Shown piece after piece: positions 1-12,600 of a stretch of 64,000 nt of DNA (position 1 is the first letter of the stretch; each line of letters starts with the position of its first letter). The position numbers and the translations under genes were made by a program. This DNA is from Selaginella moellendorffii (taxonomy: Eukaryota > Plantae > Lycopodiophyta). The stretch is taken from NCBI RefSeq assembly GCF_000143415.4, contig NW_003314268.1:804011-868010 (forward strand), read 5' to 3'. The notes under the pieces are model-generated. The model was not told the DNA's origin, did not search any database, and worked only from the letters and a program-made list of their open reading frames with translations.

Positions 1-1615
1 CAACTCACACTAATCTAACACCAAACTACTCAAGGAGCAATAGTAAAGTTCCCTAGAAAAGAATTGAGCATTGCAACCCAAGTCTGCCAATAGCAAACTT
101 AGACAAAATGGTATAACGCTTCACCGCTATCCATCCCACAACTCACTATTTGTAAGACCATCATTTCCAATATGCACCAAGATAGGGATTCTTGATTGCA
201 TACCATGAACACAAGCAATGAGTCACACCTTATTGCAAATCATCTCTCCAAAAGAGAAGATGATTTATGTGCTTGATCCTTCGTCCCTGTGGACTCTCTT
301 TTCAGTTTCATCTTTGACTACACCTCAAGCTTGCTTTCGCACTTTCTTCAGTCCAATCCAAGAAAAATTTATGAGAGAGCACAGCAATAACTACTTGAAT
401 CAATAGACTAATCCCTACAGTCTTGATTGATCCACTTGTAGTCTTGCCTAGAAAGGATCTATTAGTGCCATGCTAAATACCTACAGACCAACCTATTTGC
501 CACTCATAACAAACCTAGAGAAGGTTTGCTTAAACTCATGGTACATGGAACCACCGATAAGCTAACATTAATCTTGATAACTCAAAGTGTAAACCTTGAG
601 TTGCAAATGTGCCTCACTCACGAGCCCAAGCTCAAACTCATGCAACCGGAACAACTCAAATCCATCTTATGAGCCCAAGAGCCAGCTCATATAATAAGGT
701 ACAACAAGGTACAACAAGGTAACCAAGTTTATACCAAGAACAATTGCAAAGCCTTTGCACCCAAACGTGTACCCACTCTGGATAGTACTCACTGAGACTC
801 ATCCTCTAATACCAAATGTAATGCACGTAGTTTTAACACTTTATCCTATGGTGATTTACCATAGGATAACACCACGAAGTGAAACCTAAACCCTCTTTGT
901 GCCACGTGACAGATGCCACATGTCACATGCCATAGAGGTTCAGGGCCTTGGGCCACTGAACGAATGAACAATGCCAAACTCCTAAGTGTGGAGCCAAAGA
1001 GTGATAGAACCGGACCACGGTGCAACTTCTGAGCATACAGCCTAAAGAGCGAAGGGACAGAAGCCAATGTGACTTGGAATAGTGCTAAAGCAACCAACAT
1101 CCCTATTCCAGGACCAACATGCAAAATGGAGCCAAATGATGTTTGGCGTTATTTTAGCATACTGGTGGCCTAATGCGAGGATATGGGTACTCTACCAACT
1201 AACATGGTATGGAACTTGGGCTTAGACATAAGCCGGACATAAAACAAAGATAGGCACGCAAGCAGGAATTAGACTATGCCTCAAGTTGGTTGGCTATGCC
1301 CAACCTACCCACTATCCCTACTATACATTTGGAACCCCCCATAACCTCTCCCCCCTTGAGGAACACACTCTTTGTGCTTTCACCCTAAGCCTCCTTTAAT
1401 CTCAGGAGTTAGTTTCTGGGACAAACTCGAAATTTACTAAATATAGAATGGTGTTAGATTGTGAATTTGGACATGGGATGAACACCATTGTGTTCAAGAC
1501 AATCTCTACATTCCGTAGATATAAAATAAGACTAATACAAAGAGCATGATAGCAAAAGTAGCACACACAGTAAGCTATCATCTAGCAAATATTGAGGGAC
1601 CAAGCTCAATATAAG
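1..1615 (-). mobile_element. Truncated LTR-A retroelement copy: internal region (1-816) plus partial 5' LTR (817-~1615)
   Basis: 1-816 matches internal sequence at ~14900-15790. PBS-like TGGTATTAGAGG on the minus strand at 803-814 abuts LTR terminus TGTA at 817. LTR homology stops near 1615, where the segmental duplication starts. Confidence 0.85.
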
Positions 1616-2104
1616 CTTGCATTTTCCTGCATAACGTAAAGCATAAGCTTTAAGGAGAATGATAGAGAGCACTTACCTTGTGAATTCAATGCTCTTGAAG
1701 TTTTGTCATGCCAGGAAGTTTGCATGTTAAGCATCTAAACATTCACCAACAAAGAAAGCACATAAAGACTGTACTTACTATAGCTACCATCTCGTTTCTT
1801 TGTTTTCTTCTGGAAAGTTTACTGAGGTCAGATGGTATCTGGTAGCTGGTTTGATCAGCACTCTCAAGCTGGAAGCATTAGAAACCAGCTCCAGGGACTT
1901 GTTCCAGACTCAAGTCTAGATATTGAGAGATGAGAGTGTGTAAACATCTTCTGGGATGCAGCCTGTGAGCTGGTTCCAGCGTGTCTGAGTTTCAAGAGCC
2001 AGGGCGCTGCCTAAGTCACTGCCGAGAAATGTAAACGAACGCATTAAAGTGAAATAGATTTAGTAAGGGTTAGGGCATTAAAGGCATTTTGCAAAGGGCA
2101 AGCT

Positions 2105-3416
2105 ATGGCGCGAACAGAGCAGGAGCGCAGTGGATGCGTCACAGGTTTGTGGTCTCTCTTTCGACCAAAAAAGGCGCACAAGGGCGACAACAAGGTCCAC
2201 CCGGAAGCCATGGACGCGGCGGCCTCGAAGCTGAAGGTCCAAGATCGTGTCTGTGAGGCCGTCTCGGGAGAAGCCATGGACGCCGCCGCCTTGAAGTTGA
2301 AGGAACTCAGGCACGAGGTGAAAATCGTCTTAGAAGCGATACGACAGGAGCGAGGGCACAAGGAGCCGATCAAGCCGATCAAGCCGGAACAAGAGAAGGA
2401 GGACGAAGAGGAGAATCAAGAGAAGAAAGCGGAGCAGCTGAAGGAAGAGAAGAAAGCCGAGCAGGTGAACGAGGAGGAGAAAGAAGCCGATCAGATGAAG
2501 CCGATGAAGCTGGAAGAAGAGGAGGAAAAGGAAGCCGAGAAGCAGCTGAAGGAGGAGGAGCAAGAGAAGAAAGCTGAGCAGCTGAGCGAGGAGGAGCAGG
2601 AGAAAGAAGCCCATGAGACGAAGGAACTCAGGCGCGAGGTGAAACAGGAGCAAGGTCACAAGGAGCAGCCGCAGCTGGAACGAGAGGAGAAGAATCAGCC
2701 GAATCAGCCGATCAAGCCGATCAAGCCGATCAAGCAAGAGCAGGAACAGGAGGAGGAGCAGCGGATGAAGCCGATGAAGCAGCAGCTGGAACAAGAGGAG
2801 GAGCAGATGATCAAGCCGATCAAGCAGCAGCTGGAACAAGAGGAGGAGCAGATGATCAAGCCGATCAAGCAGCCTCTGGAACGGGAAGACGATCAAGAGA
2901 AGATGAAGCAGCAGGAGAATGACAAGCCCAAGCAGGAGGAGCAGCGACCCAAGCCAATTCTACTGCCAGCCGGGGGTCGTCGTCCAGGTATGGTTCCTTT
3001 TGCTTCTCGCATTCTTCTTCTACTGTGACTCACGATGGCCTTCTGGACTTGCAGGTTCCAGGCCGAAGATGGTTCGCTTCTCTTCCTCAGCGGAGGACAT
3101 TCTTCCCGACGCCACCCGACGGCGGAGTGAAACCCATCTTAGCGATGGCCGAGGGGGCTATGTTGAGTTCGCGTATCTCGAAGCTTTCCACAAGGCAAAC
3201 CGGTGGCTAAACCAGAGGGGAAAAACCGAGAAGAAGATCCGCAGCTTGGAAGAGGAAAAGCGCGAGGAAACAGAAGAGGAGAAGCACGAGGAAAAGTCTT
3301 GGAGTGTTAGCGCGCTCCTCAAGCGGAGCTCGCTGAGACGGTGCCCGAGATCGGAGCAGTCAGCCAGCCGAGTGGAGAAGAGTCCATCAAACGTTGGCGT
3401 GAGAACAGCGAGATGA
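2105..3416 (+). CDS. Glu/Lys/Gln-rich low-complexity (likely coiled-coil) protein of unknown function, copy A; 3' end altered by a deletion
   Basis: Exon 2105-2987, phase-1 GT-AG intron 2988-3054, then joins the 2919-3416 ORF in frame (RRP-G-SRPKM). After 3318 the sequence jumps ~2.47 kb relative to copy B. Confidence 0.6.
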
Positions 3417-5752
3417 AGGAGAAGATGAGATGCCAAGACGGATCAAAGACAAAGCTCTCTAGTTGACGGAAACGGGACGAGAGCTTCAATGCTGTCCAGG
3501 ATCACTCTTACAGGTGCTTGGATGATAGAAGATGATGATGGCAAGATGATCTCAAACTCGAAGAAATTGCTTGTGGCAGCGGAGCCAGAGGTTCGGCTTC
3601 ACAAAGACTGAAAAACGGCTGATGTTCGCCCCTGACATGCAGAGACTACAAGAGCTGGAGCGAACTCTAAGACGAAGCAACAGTCATAAAGACAGAAGAT
3701 CGGACGAGTTTCATGGAACGTGGAAGCTGGTGCAAAGCGATTCAGAGGTTCAATGGCCACCTTTACAATCGAGAAATGTGGACTGAGGGTACGTAGAGTC
3801 ATTTGCTTTTTCCTCTTCCATTCATTTCATCCGTGTTGTTAAACAGAAGAAGCAAGCTGCAGCGACACACAAATTGTGATGGTAGCTCCTTTAGTATCAG
3901 CAACAAATCCTATGGTATTTTTTTTGTTTTTTAATTTTCTCCTCTGGTGGAATATCTTCTGAGCTCCAACTTGGTCCAGATCGTTGGAGGCCGTCTCTTC
4001 GAGACTAAATAAATAAAACATCTCAGAGACTACGCTAAGGAGCTGCTTATTCTGGCCAACTTGTGAGTAAATAACCTTGAGAGATTATGTTTCTTTTCTA
4101 TTTGGAAAATAGTCTGACTGCCAACTTGGTCCAGATCATAGGAGGCCGCCAGAAGAATATGTAAATGAGGGTGGAGCAGGACTTGAAGCAGCGAAAGATA
4201 AAACCAGCGTCAGAGATCATAAGAATCGAGCAAGTGGGAATGGAAAACTGTAAGATGATTTTAAAACTTGGAGAGAAAGGGAGCAGGCCGAAACAGCTAA
4301 GATTGAGCAGCTTAAAGACGAAAAATTTCTTAAACCAAGCAGGGGCAGCAGCTTCAAAAAGAAAAGTGGAAGCAGCTAAAGAGCAGTGAGCAGCGGAATA
4401 GTTCAGACTCGTGATAGTTTTTTTCATATCATTTTCTTTGATTTAGCTGTAAAAAGGATGATTTAATGTTCAAATTTATAATGTTTGAATCTCTGAAAGG
4501 TCCGAGATCCGACTTTGATCCTAGCAACAAGATGGGCAAGCCTTTTCCCTTTTCATCCGCTTATGACCTTCTAGACCAAGTCAAATGGCTTTATACCATA
4601 TGGAACAACTGGAGGTGCGTACATATTAGCTCCTGAGTTCTTGCTCTAACGTAAAGTTGAACACCTTCGCTATCACCATCGTTACCCCACAGTCCAGCAG
4701 GAGATTTAAGGCAAAGCGTCCTTTATCAACGTGCACGTCTTCAAAGGCTTTGGAATTCTTCTAGTCTCATGTGATTTTGCTTTTTCCCAGAACCACTGGA
4801 GGTTCTTGTTAATAGTATGACTCTCATCATTGTTTTTTCTCGTTTCGTTCTTTTTATTTCACAGGTGGAGTTGCTAAACTACCAGTGGATTGAAGATCGT
4901 TCATTTGGTCGGGTCGGTTCAAATTTACATGCCATGTGATGGTAATGCCTCTGGAGCAAACTATGTAAGATCTTATTTTCCTGAGCTGGATTTGTTTTTC
5001 CATTTTCTAATCAAGTTACGGGGACAAACTGATCAGGAATCCTTGCAAACGTACAAGAAGATCCACGATGTTAGAGACAAGTCTACAGATTGCAAATACT
5101 CGGCCTATATGGTAAAGTTCACGAGTTTTTCGGGGGATGCCTTGCCAAGCGGCCGCGCCGCCAAGCCCTAGCGTGCTCAGTCAAAGTTGTTACCATTGTA
5201 TGGGAAAAAAACTAAATTTCTGCACGTCGCCACCAATCAAACTTGTAAGATTGCTGTTCGTGAGCATCAAAGAAAGCTTCAAATTGTGAACGAGAGTCTA
5301 ACGGCCATCGCACTTGTAACAATTGGCAAGAGACTTCCCTTCACCTCTGCAATTTCTTGCAGTTTGATAGATAGATCAGCATTGCAACATTTTACCAGCC
5401 TCCACACACAAGCACTCTTTTAGATACTCTTGTATAGGAAATTGATAAGTAGAAACACTTGTCTTCGTTTGGTTATTATAAATAAAAGTTCCTACTAAAT
5501 ACTGATTAAATTGAGAATTGTAATCCAAGTAGAAATTTGATTATTAATTGATTCGTTTTACTCTTTACATTTGGCCTTTGACATTTTCCTTTATTTAGTT
5601 ATTATGTTGCAAGTTTATATTTTTATGGGTTCTTAAAATCTATGAAATCAAGAATGCTAATATTTAAAGCAAATTTTTATGGGTAATAAAGTTTTATTAG
5701 GTTCACTATTTTATGTTTCTTGAGAAAATATTATAATTTAATATATATTTAG

Positions 5753-5775
5753 TTACACACACACACACACACACA
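5753..5775. repeat. (CA)n microsatellite; shorter paralogue near 52652
   Basis: Direct inspection. Confidence 0.9.
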
Positions 5776-8499
5776 ATATAAAGGTATTCTTAAAGTATAA
5801 CACCAGACTGGTATACAACTACTAAATTTTTTACAATTGTATTACCTGATAATAATATATATTTTATCTAAAAAATATTAAAATAATGATATTTTAAAAT
5901 TCTCAATATACCAATTAATGTTAAAAACTTTATAGAAATTGTTACAATAAAAGTAATAAAAAGTTTATATTTTAAATAAATAAAAATGGATTTAAAATTA
6001 GATTAAAGATATAGTTTTTTAATTCTTTAATAAATAATAGTATTTAAATAGGATATTTATGTGAAGCAAAAACTCCAACAACACCAACATGAGTGAGTAC
6101 AAAGAAGCACTGCTACCTAAAGATTAAAACTTATTATTTTCCATCACAACACTCACTTATTCTTTACTTTTCCTAAGGCTTTCTTTTGTATTTTCTCTCC
6201 CTCTCCCATCAATATTATTATTGTCCTTTGATCCTTTATGGCAATAAATAAAATATTAAACACATACCATCTACAAGATCTCTTCTAGTTATGAGGTCTA
6301 TAGGCAAAACTTTAAAGCTATAGCTGAAGTATGAAGAACAAAGAAGCAATTAAAAACACAAGGGCTTTGATTTTCTTACTGTCCCAAACATTTCAATCAG
6401 CAATGTTAATCTAACTTTTCTTTGATCCCTTGGGCTGTAATCTTTGGTCCTAACACCTAGGTGAATTTGGTGAATTGGCTAGTAGAAAGTCATAAACTTA
6501 AAAATCACATACTTCTATTATACACTCTTGACAACCATTTGTCTAAAATGCATATCTATGGAATCTAGAGAGTGTCATGAATCCCATGGTGTTGTTCCTA
6601 CATCCCAATTCACAATTTAGTTCTATTCCATATCTAGTAAATTTTCAAATCCCATAAACTAGTTCTTAAGATTGGGGTGAAAGCCTAAAAGCATGCATTT
6701 TTCTAGGGTGAGGGATGAGGGGTTGTGGGGGGTTCTAAATGTATAGTAAAGATAGTATTTGGAAGCATTATTGACCATCTAAAATATTAATTTAGCTCCT
6801 GCTAGGTTGTATTTCTCATGATTTTGTGCTCATGTTGATGCTTAATCACAAAACCTTCTAAATCCCAAGACTTGGGTGCATTTCTTGTTTCGAGTGTTGC
6901 AACACAAACTTATTGTTGCTTATCTTTATGTCACATGTTATAGCCAGAGAGACCACTCTTACTCCCACTTCTACCCTTGCTCCTATTTTTACTTCCATTT
7001 TTAATCCTACTCCCGGTCTTACTACTATTCTCTTACTCTCACTCCTATGGGTGTTTTGAGAGATAGGGAGAGGAAATTTTGATTCTCAAAATATTCCAAA
7101 TAGTAAAACTCCACAAAGGCTATATCAAAGGTCCTCCCTATTTCCTCTGGCAATTAAATTTGGAATTACGGTTTTGTGAATTTGTATGTGAGGGATGGAT
7201 CTGTGGTTAGGGCTGAAAGATGACCTAAAACTTGGTGAACTCAACATGAATAAGCTAGTTTAGTTTTCTTGAAAGAATGGAGAGTTTGTTTTAGGAAATT
7301 GAGAGAAATCTTGAGTTCTAGGGGTTAGATTCATATTCTTAGAGACCCTAGGACCATTAGGGGTTTCAACTTCAATGAATTTAGAGTGTAAGTTTAAAGA
7401 TTTTTCTCGTTCTTACATTAATTTTCTACATTACCTCTTTCCACTTGGTTTTCTAGTGATTTCTCATGATTAGTATATTGATTCTGGTTTTTCTTTCTTT
7501 GGGTTGATGCGACTTGGCATCCTCTTTCCAACAAGCTAAAGAGCACCTGGTTTTGTGGAGGATTCAATTGCTAATTTAATGAAATTTTGTCCATCACGCT
7601 CCTCTGTTTTTCATGGTAAATTTTTCAACACTCTAAGCTTGTGATTTTGGGACTGATTCAAGAATTGTTTTTTCTGGACATGTAAATATAAAGACAAACT
7701 TTTTGGAGAGTCCTTTCTTGGTAACCAATTCGCTTTAAGCTATGACATGGAGTAGTTTTTCTCTCACGGCGCTTCATAGCTCAAATTTGCAAGTTTCTAG
7801 CTTAATCTTGAGGGAATTTGAGGTGTCATTCTCATGGAAATCATTACGGCCATGTTATTACCTTTTACCAATGTTAAAAATGAGTGTTTCTTGTACTAGG
7901 GAGTGCATTTTCTTTTGTTTTCCTTCTTATTGTCTAGAATTTAATGTTTGAATCAATTTTTTTTTGAGATTTTAGGCATTTTAACTCATGGTTTTGGTTT
8001 CATTCTTTTGGTTTGAGTATAAACTTTTAAACAAGTCCATCCACACCCATTTTTGTGTGCAAAGTCAAGAGATTTCCATGCAAATATTTTCCTCTTAGGC
8101 ATTTTGAGTATTGGAGTTTAATTTTTTCTTTTTCCCCCTTTTCTTTGCAATATTTTTTTCTTTTGTCGTGAGAAATTGGCATTTGCAAGAGTGAGAGTGA
8201 TTTTATTTGGGAAAATCTACATGAGGATACTCTTTTATTTGGAGTTATCCCATTTAGATACTTTGCTCTCACACAAGTCAAAGTTCTTTGTGTGTTGTAT
8301 TTTCCACAACCTGGCATCTACTGCATAGTGGACATTTTATGCTAGTTCACACTCGTTCCAGTTAGAGATGGCAACTAGCAAACTTCCATACAGTGCCTAG
8401 GGTATGGGGACATTTTTCACACCTTCTATGAGAGCTCGATTATCAAATTACTCTTTTTGATGAGAAGGATTCATCATTCATTACAGATATCGAGTCAGG

Positions 8500-9699
8500 G
8501 AGTCCACCATCCATGGCTCTTCCTACATAAATCCACATTCTACAGCGAGGCACCGACTTGACATACTTATCTGGCAATGGCGACATCTTTGCCAATACAC
8601 ATGTCACTCATTTCGAGCAATATTGCATGTCAAATGGCATCATCGAGGACGATCACAAGCTTTGTGACTTCTTGCGATCGCTCACTAGCCGAGCAGAAAC
8701 GTGGGTAGAGACACTCTTGGAGGTAGATATGGCTGACAACTCCACATTCAAAGCATCTTTCTAAGGTCACTTTGATCAGCAGTGACCAACAAATCGCTTA
8801 GGTCTTGGACTAAGTCTTGGACTCAGTCTTGGACTCGGTTTAGGTCTTGGCCTCTATCTTGGTCCCAGTCCCGGTCCCTGTCTCAAGCTCCATTTTGGGC
8901 TCCATCTCAAACTCCTTCTTAGACTCCACCTAGACTTGATCTTGGGTCCATCTCAAACTCTATCTCAGGCTCCATCTTGGGTCCATCTCGGACTCTTTCT
9001 CGGACTCCATCTTGCATCCATCTCAAACTTCAATTCAGACTCTATCTTGGACTCCTCGAATTCCATCTCAGGTCCATCTCAGACTCAATTATGACACTTT
9101 CACGTGTCATATGTTGATCCTTTTGTTTCCCTTTTCTAGAGGCTTGCTTATTGATTGCTTTATGCTTTCAATGGGAGTTCCATTCTTGCTCTCAACTTTT
9201 TGAGTTAAAGCTTTTAATCCAAATGTGTTACGCTTGTCTAGCTTCCACTTCAACCACTACCACATGGCACCCTTTTAGCTCCACTCTAAATAGCTATTGT
9301 TTGAGGATGCAAGAAGAGCAAAGATAGAAAGGTTTTAATTTCCCTTAAATTACTTAAATGGTCTAAAGTTTAGGGTTTAAGGATTTGTGTCTCATAGAAG
9401 TGTAGGTGTTACTACCTACTTGGATATTTGGTATGGCTCATCGAAACCTCGCTCTAGCCACATGGCTAGGGCACCTAGAGGCAAAAGGTGGGGAGAGTAC
9501 CCACAAGGTTCGCATTGGGCTATAGTGTTTCGAAATATTATACTAAAGTCCTAGGCTGTGGAAAGGAAAAGGAATAGTCCTCTTGTGTAGTGACCAAGCA
9601 TATAATCACGTGGCAAGGAAGTTTTAGAGGTGGATAGGACTTAGTGGTCAGGTCTTCAGGCCTTTGGGCTAACCCAGTGGTAGTGTTGGCAAGCACAAC
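8500..9699 (+). pseudogene. Degenerate retrotransposon gag region of an old Gypsy element, the host of LTR-A
   Basis: ORF 8558-8764 (HVTHFEQYCMSNGI...KLCDFLRSLTSRAETW) resembles retrotransposon Gag. It is collinear with RT/RNaseH/integrase remnants after 34837. Confidence 0.55.
8800..9090. repeat. Degenerate 6/12-bp tandem repeat (GGACTCCATCTC-like)
   Basis: Repeated ggtcttggactc / actccatctc units. Confidence 0.7.
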
Positions 9700-12600
9700 T
9701 GTAGCACACGTGGTTTAGACCCTTTATCCTATGGTGATTTACCATAAGATAACACCACGAAGCGGATGTAAACCCTCTTTGTGCCACGTGACAGATGCCA
9801 CGTGTCCATGCCACGTGTCCATAGGAACCCGAGGTTCAACGCCTTGGGCCACTGAATGAAGGAACGGTGCCAAACTGCCAAGGAGTGATGGAACCGAACC
9901 ACGGAGCAACTCCTGAGCATAAAGCCCAAGGAGCGAAGGGACAGGAGCCCAGAGCGACTTGGAACAGTCCTAGAGTAACCAATATTCCAATGCCAGGACC
10001 AGCACATAAAACGGAGCCAAATGGAGTCTGGCGCTATTTCGGCATACCGGTGGCCTAATGCGAGAACATGGGTACTCCACCAATTAGCATGGAATGGAAC
10101 TTAGGGTTAGACCCAAGCCGGATGCAGAACAAGGACAGGTACGCAAGCTGGAGCTAAATTATGCCTCAGGTTAGTCGGCCATGCCCGACCTACCCACTAT
10201 CCCTACTATACATTTGGAACCCCCCACAGCCCCCCCCTCCTTGAGGAAGGCACGCTTTGGGCTTTCACCCCAAGCCTCCCTTAGTATTAGGAGTTAGTCT
10301 CTGGGACAAGCTCAAAACTTACTAAATATGGAATGTCCCTAGATTGTGAATTTGGACATGGGACGAACACCATTGTGTTCAAATTGATCTCTACATTCCG
10401 TAGATATGCCAAATGAGAAAATCTGGACACTTTCCATAAATAACATTTGGGACCGAAATGAGACTAACACAAAGGGCATGATAGCGAGGGTGTTTGGCAG
10501 ACACGGTAAGCTATCATCTAGCAATATTGAGGGACCAATCTCAATATCGCGGGGGTTCCCAAAACTAGCAAGTGCAAATCAACGAATGAGTTTCTCTAAC
10601 CAGGTCAAGTATGCTTGACAAATAGCACGTAGGAATTCTGTCCTTATGCCCATCTGGTCAAGTGCACACACGAAGACCAGTTTCTCAACTAGCTTAGGCG
10701 AAGACTGATAACGGGCCCAGCAATACCGACCTCCTACCATTGTGGCAGTAAGGTAAGAGTGTCCGTAAGGACTAGTCGACAAGTAACTTTCGATACTCGA
10801 AGTCACATTCGCGACACTCTCCCCCCCTAGGGAAGATTGACGTCCTTGTCGATGCACACTCGAGTCTAGAATACCGCCAAGGAAACAACTCCAGAAAAAG
10901 TTCACGGTATTCACACTATGTGAGAAATGCACCAACTTAAATGAGTTAGGAGGCAACCTCTTTGTCTAACGCGGATGCGGTATTAGCTCAGACACCTTCC
11001 GGCCGTCGCTGACAAGGAAATGACCAACGGAGTCAGCCATCCTTGCTGCTCTGGGAATCACCCAGCTTACAAAAGTGTGATACACTCTTGCCTGCAAGGA
11101 CATAGAGAGAGAAGCCAGAGGCCCCAACCCTCATGAGCAAAGAAACCAAACCCGTCGGTAAGGTTTAGATAGACTACTGTAAACAGGCAGTTAGAGTTGT
11201 TTACACGGTCACGCCTTTTTGAACGGAATAAGGAACATCGACAGAGAGGCGGGTTATGTGACCAGTCGACAGTAGCTACCCCATGACTAGAGATTTCAAC
11301 ATGCACACGAAGTGCCAAAGCCAGTCTGCCTATACTGGCTCAAACTCAAAGATCAATAGATGGACAATATCAAAGTCAGAGACAATGATATCTTAGAGAC
11401 TTAATTATCAGTGACTAAATCTTACATTAGAACACAAAAGTATTCCAAGCAAGTTATCGTCCGATAAACCAGTAGTATAGTATAGGAACCACCAAGATCA
11501 TTGTAACTGGTAAACAGAATGCACGATCCAACAAAATTCAATAGCTAGTATATCATCAAGGAAACTCAATGATGAAACTTAACTATCAAAGATGGTAGAT
11601 AGAATGCCAAACAATTTGTGAAAGAGAACTCAAAGAATACAAAGTATCATTGATTGACAAGCACAATGCTCGCGAATGTATCACCCAAAGGAAATAACAT
11701 CCCAACCTATCAGAACTAACTTGAGTAATAATCAACAGAATAGAATGAATGTGGCAAAACTAACAAACACTCATTCCTGCCAACTATCACAAAAGCCAAT
11801 CCGAATAGATCCCAGCCAACAATACTAAGGAACTTAAGTTGCTTAAACAAGTATCAGCAACATCCTACTGATGTTTCAAACCCAAAAAACCAATCCAGAG
11901 CAAACCACAAAGAACATGTGATATTGCGAAAAACCAAAAACTATCAAAGAGAACAACTAACCATCATGAAAGATCATCAATCATCCTATCAAGAAAGAGA
12001 TGCATAATCATAGTTGAAGAAAGAATCTACCATCCCGAAGAATAGCAACTCAATCTATATCAATAATAATCAAGCAAAACTCTTTGACAAGGATAATCAG
12101 TTATCCTAGATGATAGTCAATTATCACCAATGATTGCTAGATGCAAATACTAACTTCAATCTGGAAGCTAGAAGCCAAAATGCCTTCCCCAACAACTTTA
12201 AACAAATGGAACAACGAGCATAAAACTCAAAGAACCAAAAGCTTGAAAAAGTCTATAGCTAAGTCTTGCCTAACAATGATCACAAGCTTTGCATAAATTA
12301 ACTTCAATGCTAAAGAAGAAATCATGGTATAACCCACAATATCCTCCTCAACACATCCATAAGCTATACTACATAATGCAAAGCTAATGAAGAGCATGTT
12401 TGCATCAATTCAAAAGCCAAGTATAACGGAGCTATGCTCAACAAGTGATCATCTAATCGATCTTCCATGAATCTATCAATAGCAAGACATAACTCACTTC
12501 ATAGCAAGCACAAGAAGAATCATCAATGATCGATATATCCCAACTGAAATCCAGCAAGGATTCAATCACTAACTCTTTCCCTTTATAAAGCTAGCATAGT

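Larger units (their letters stand above)
1616..8460. repeat. Segmental duplication copy A (partner 45986-56664)
   Basis: Near-identical from CTTGCATTTTCCTGC (1616 = 45986) to CCTAGGGTATGGGGA (~8410 = ~56614). Copy A lacks B 47718-50187, ~53439-54204 and ~54495-55017. Confidence 0.92.

Noticed and set aside
2330-2896. Leu-rich membrane-protein-like ORFs (also 46720-47295, 58568-59107)
   Set aside because: Antisense shadows of the GAG/AAG/CAG-rich gene.
1616-8460. Helitron or Pack-TIR origin of the duplicated segment
   Set aside because: No TC...CTRR ends with hairpin, TIRs or TSD found at the boundaries.
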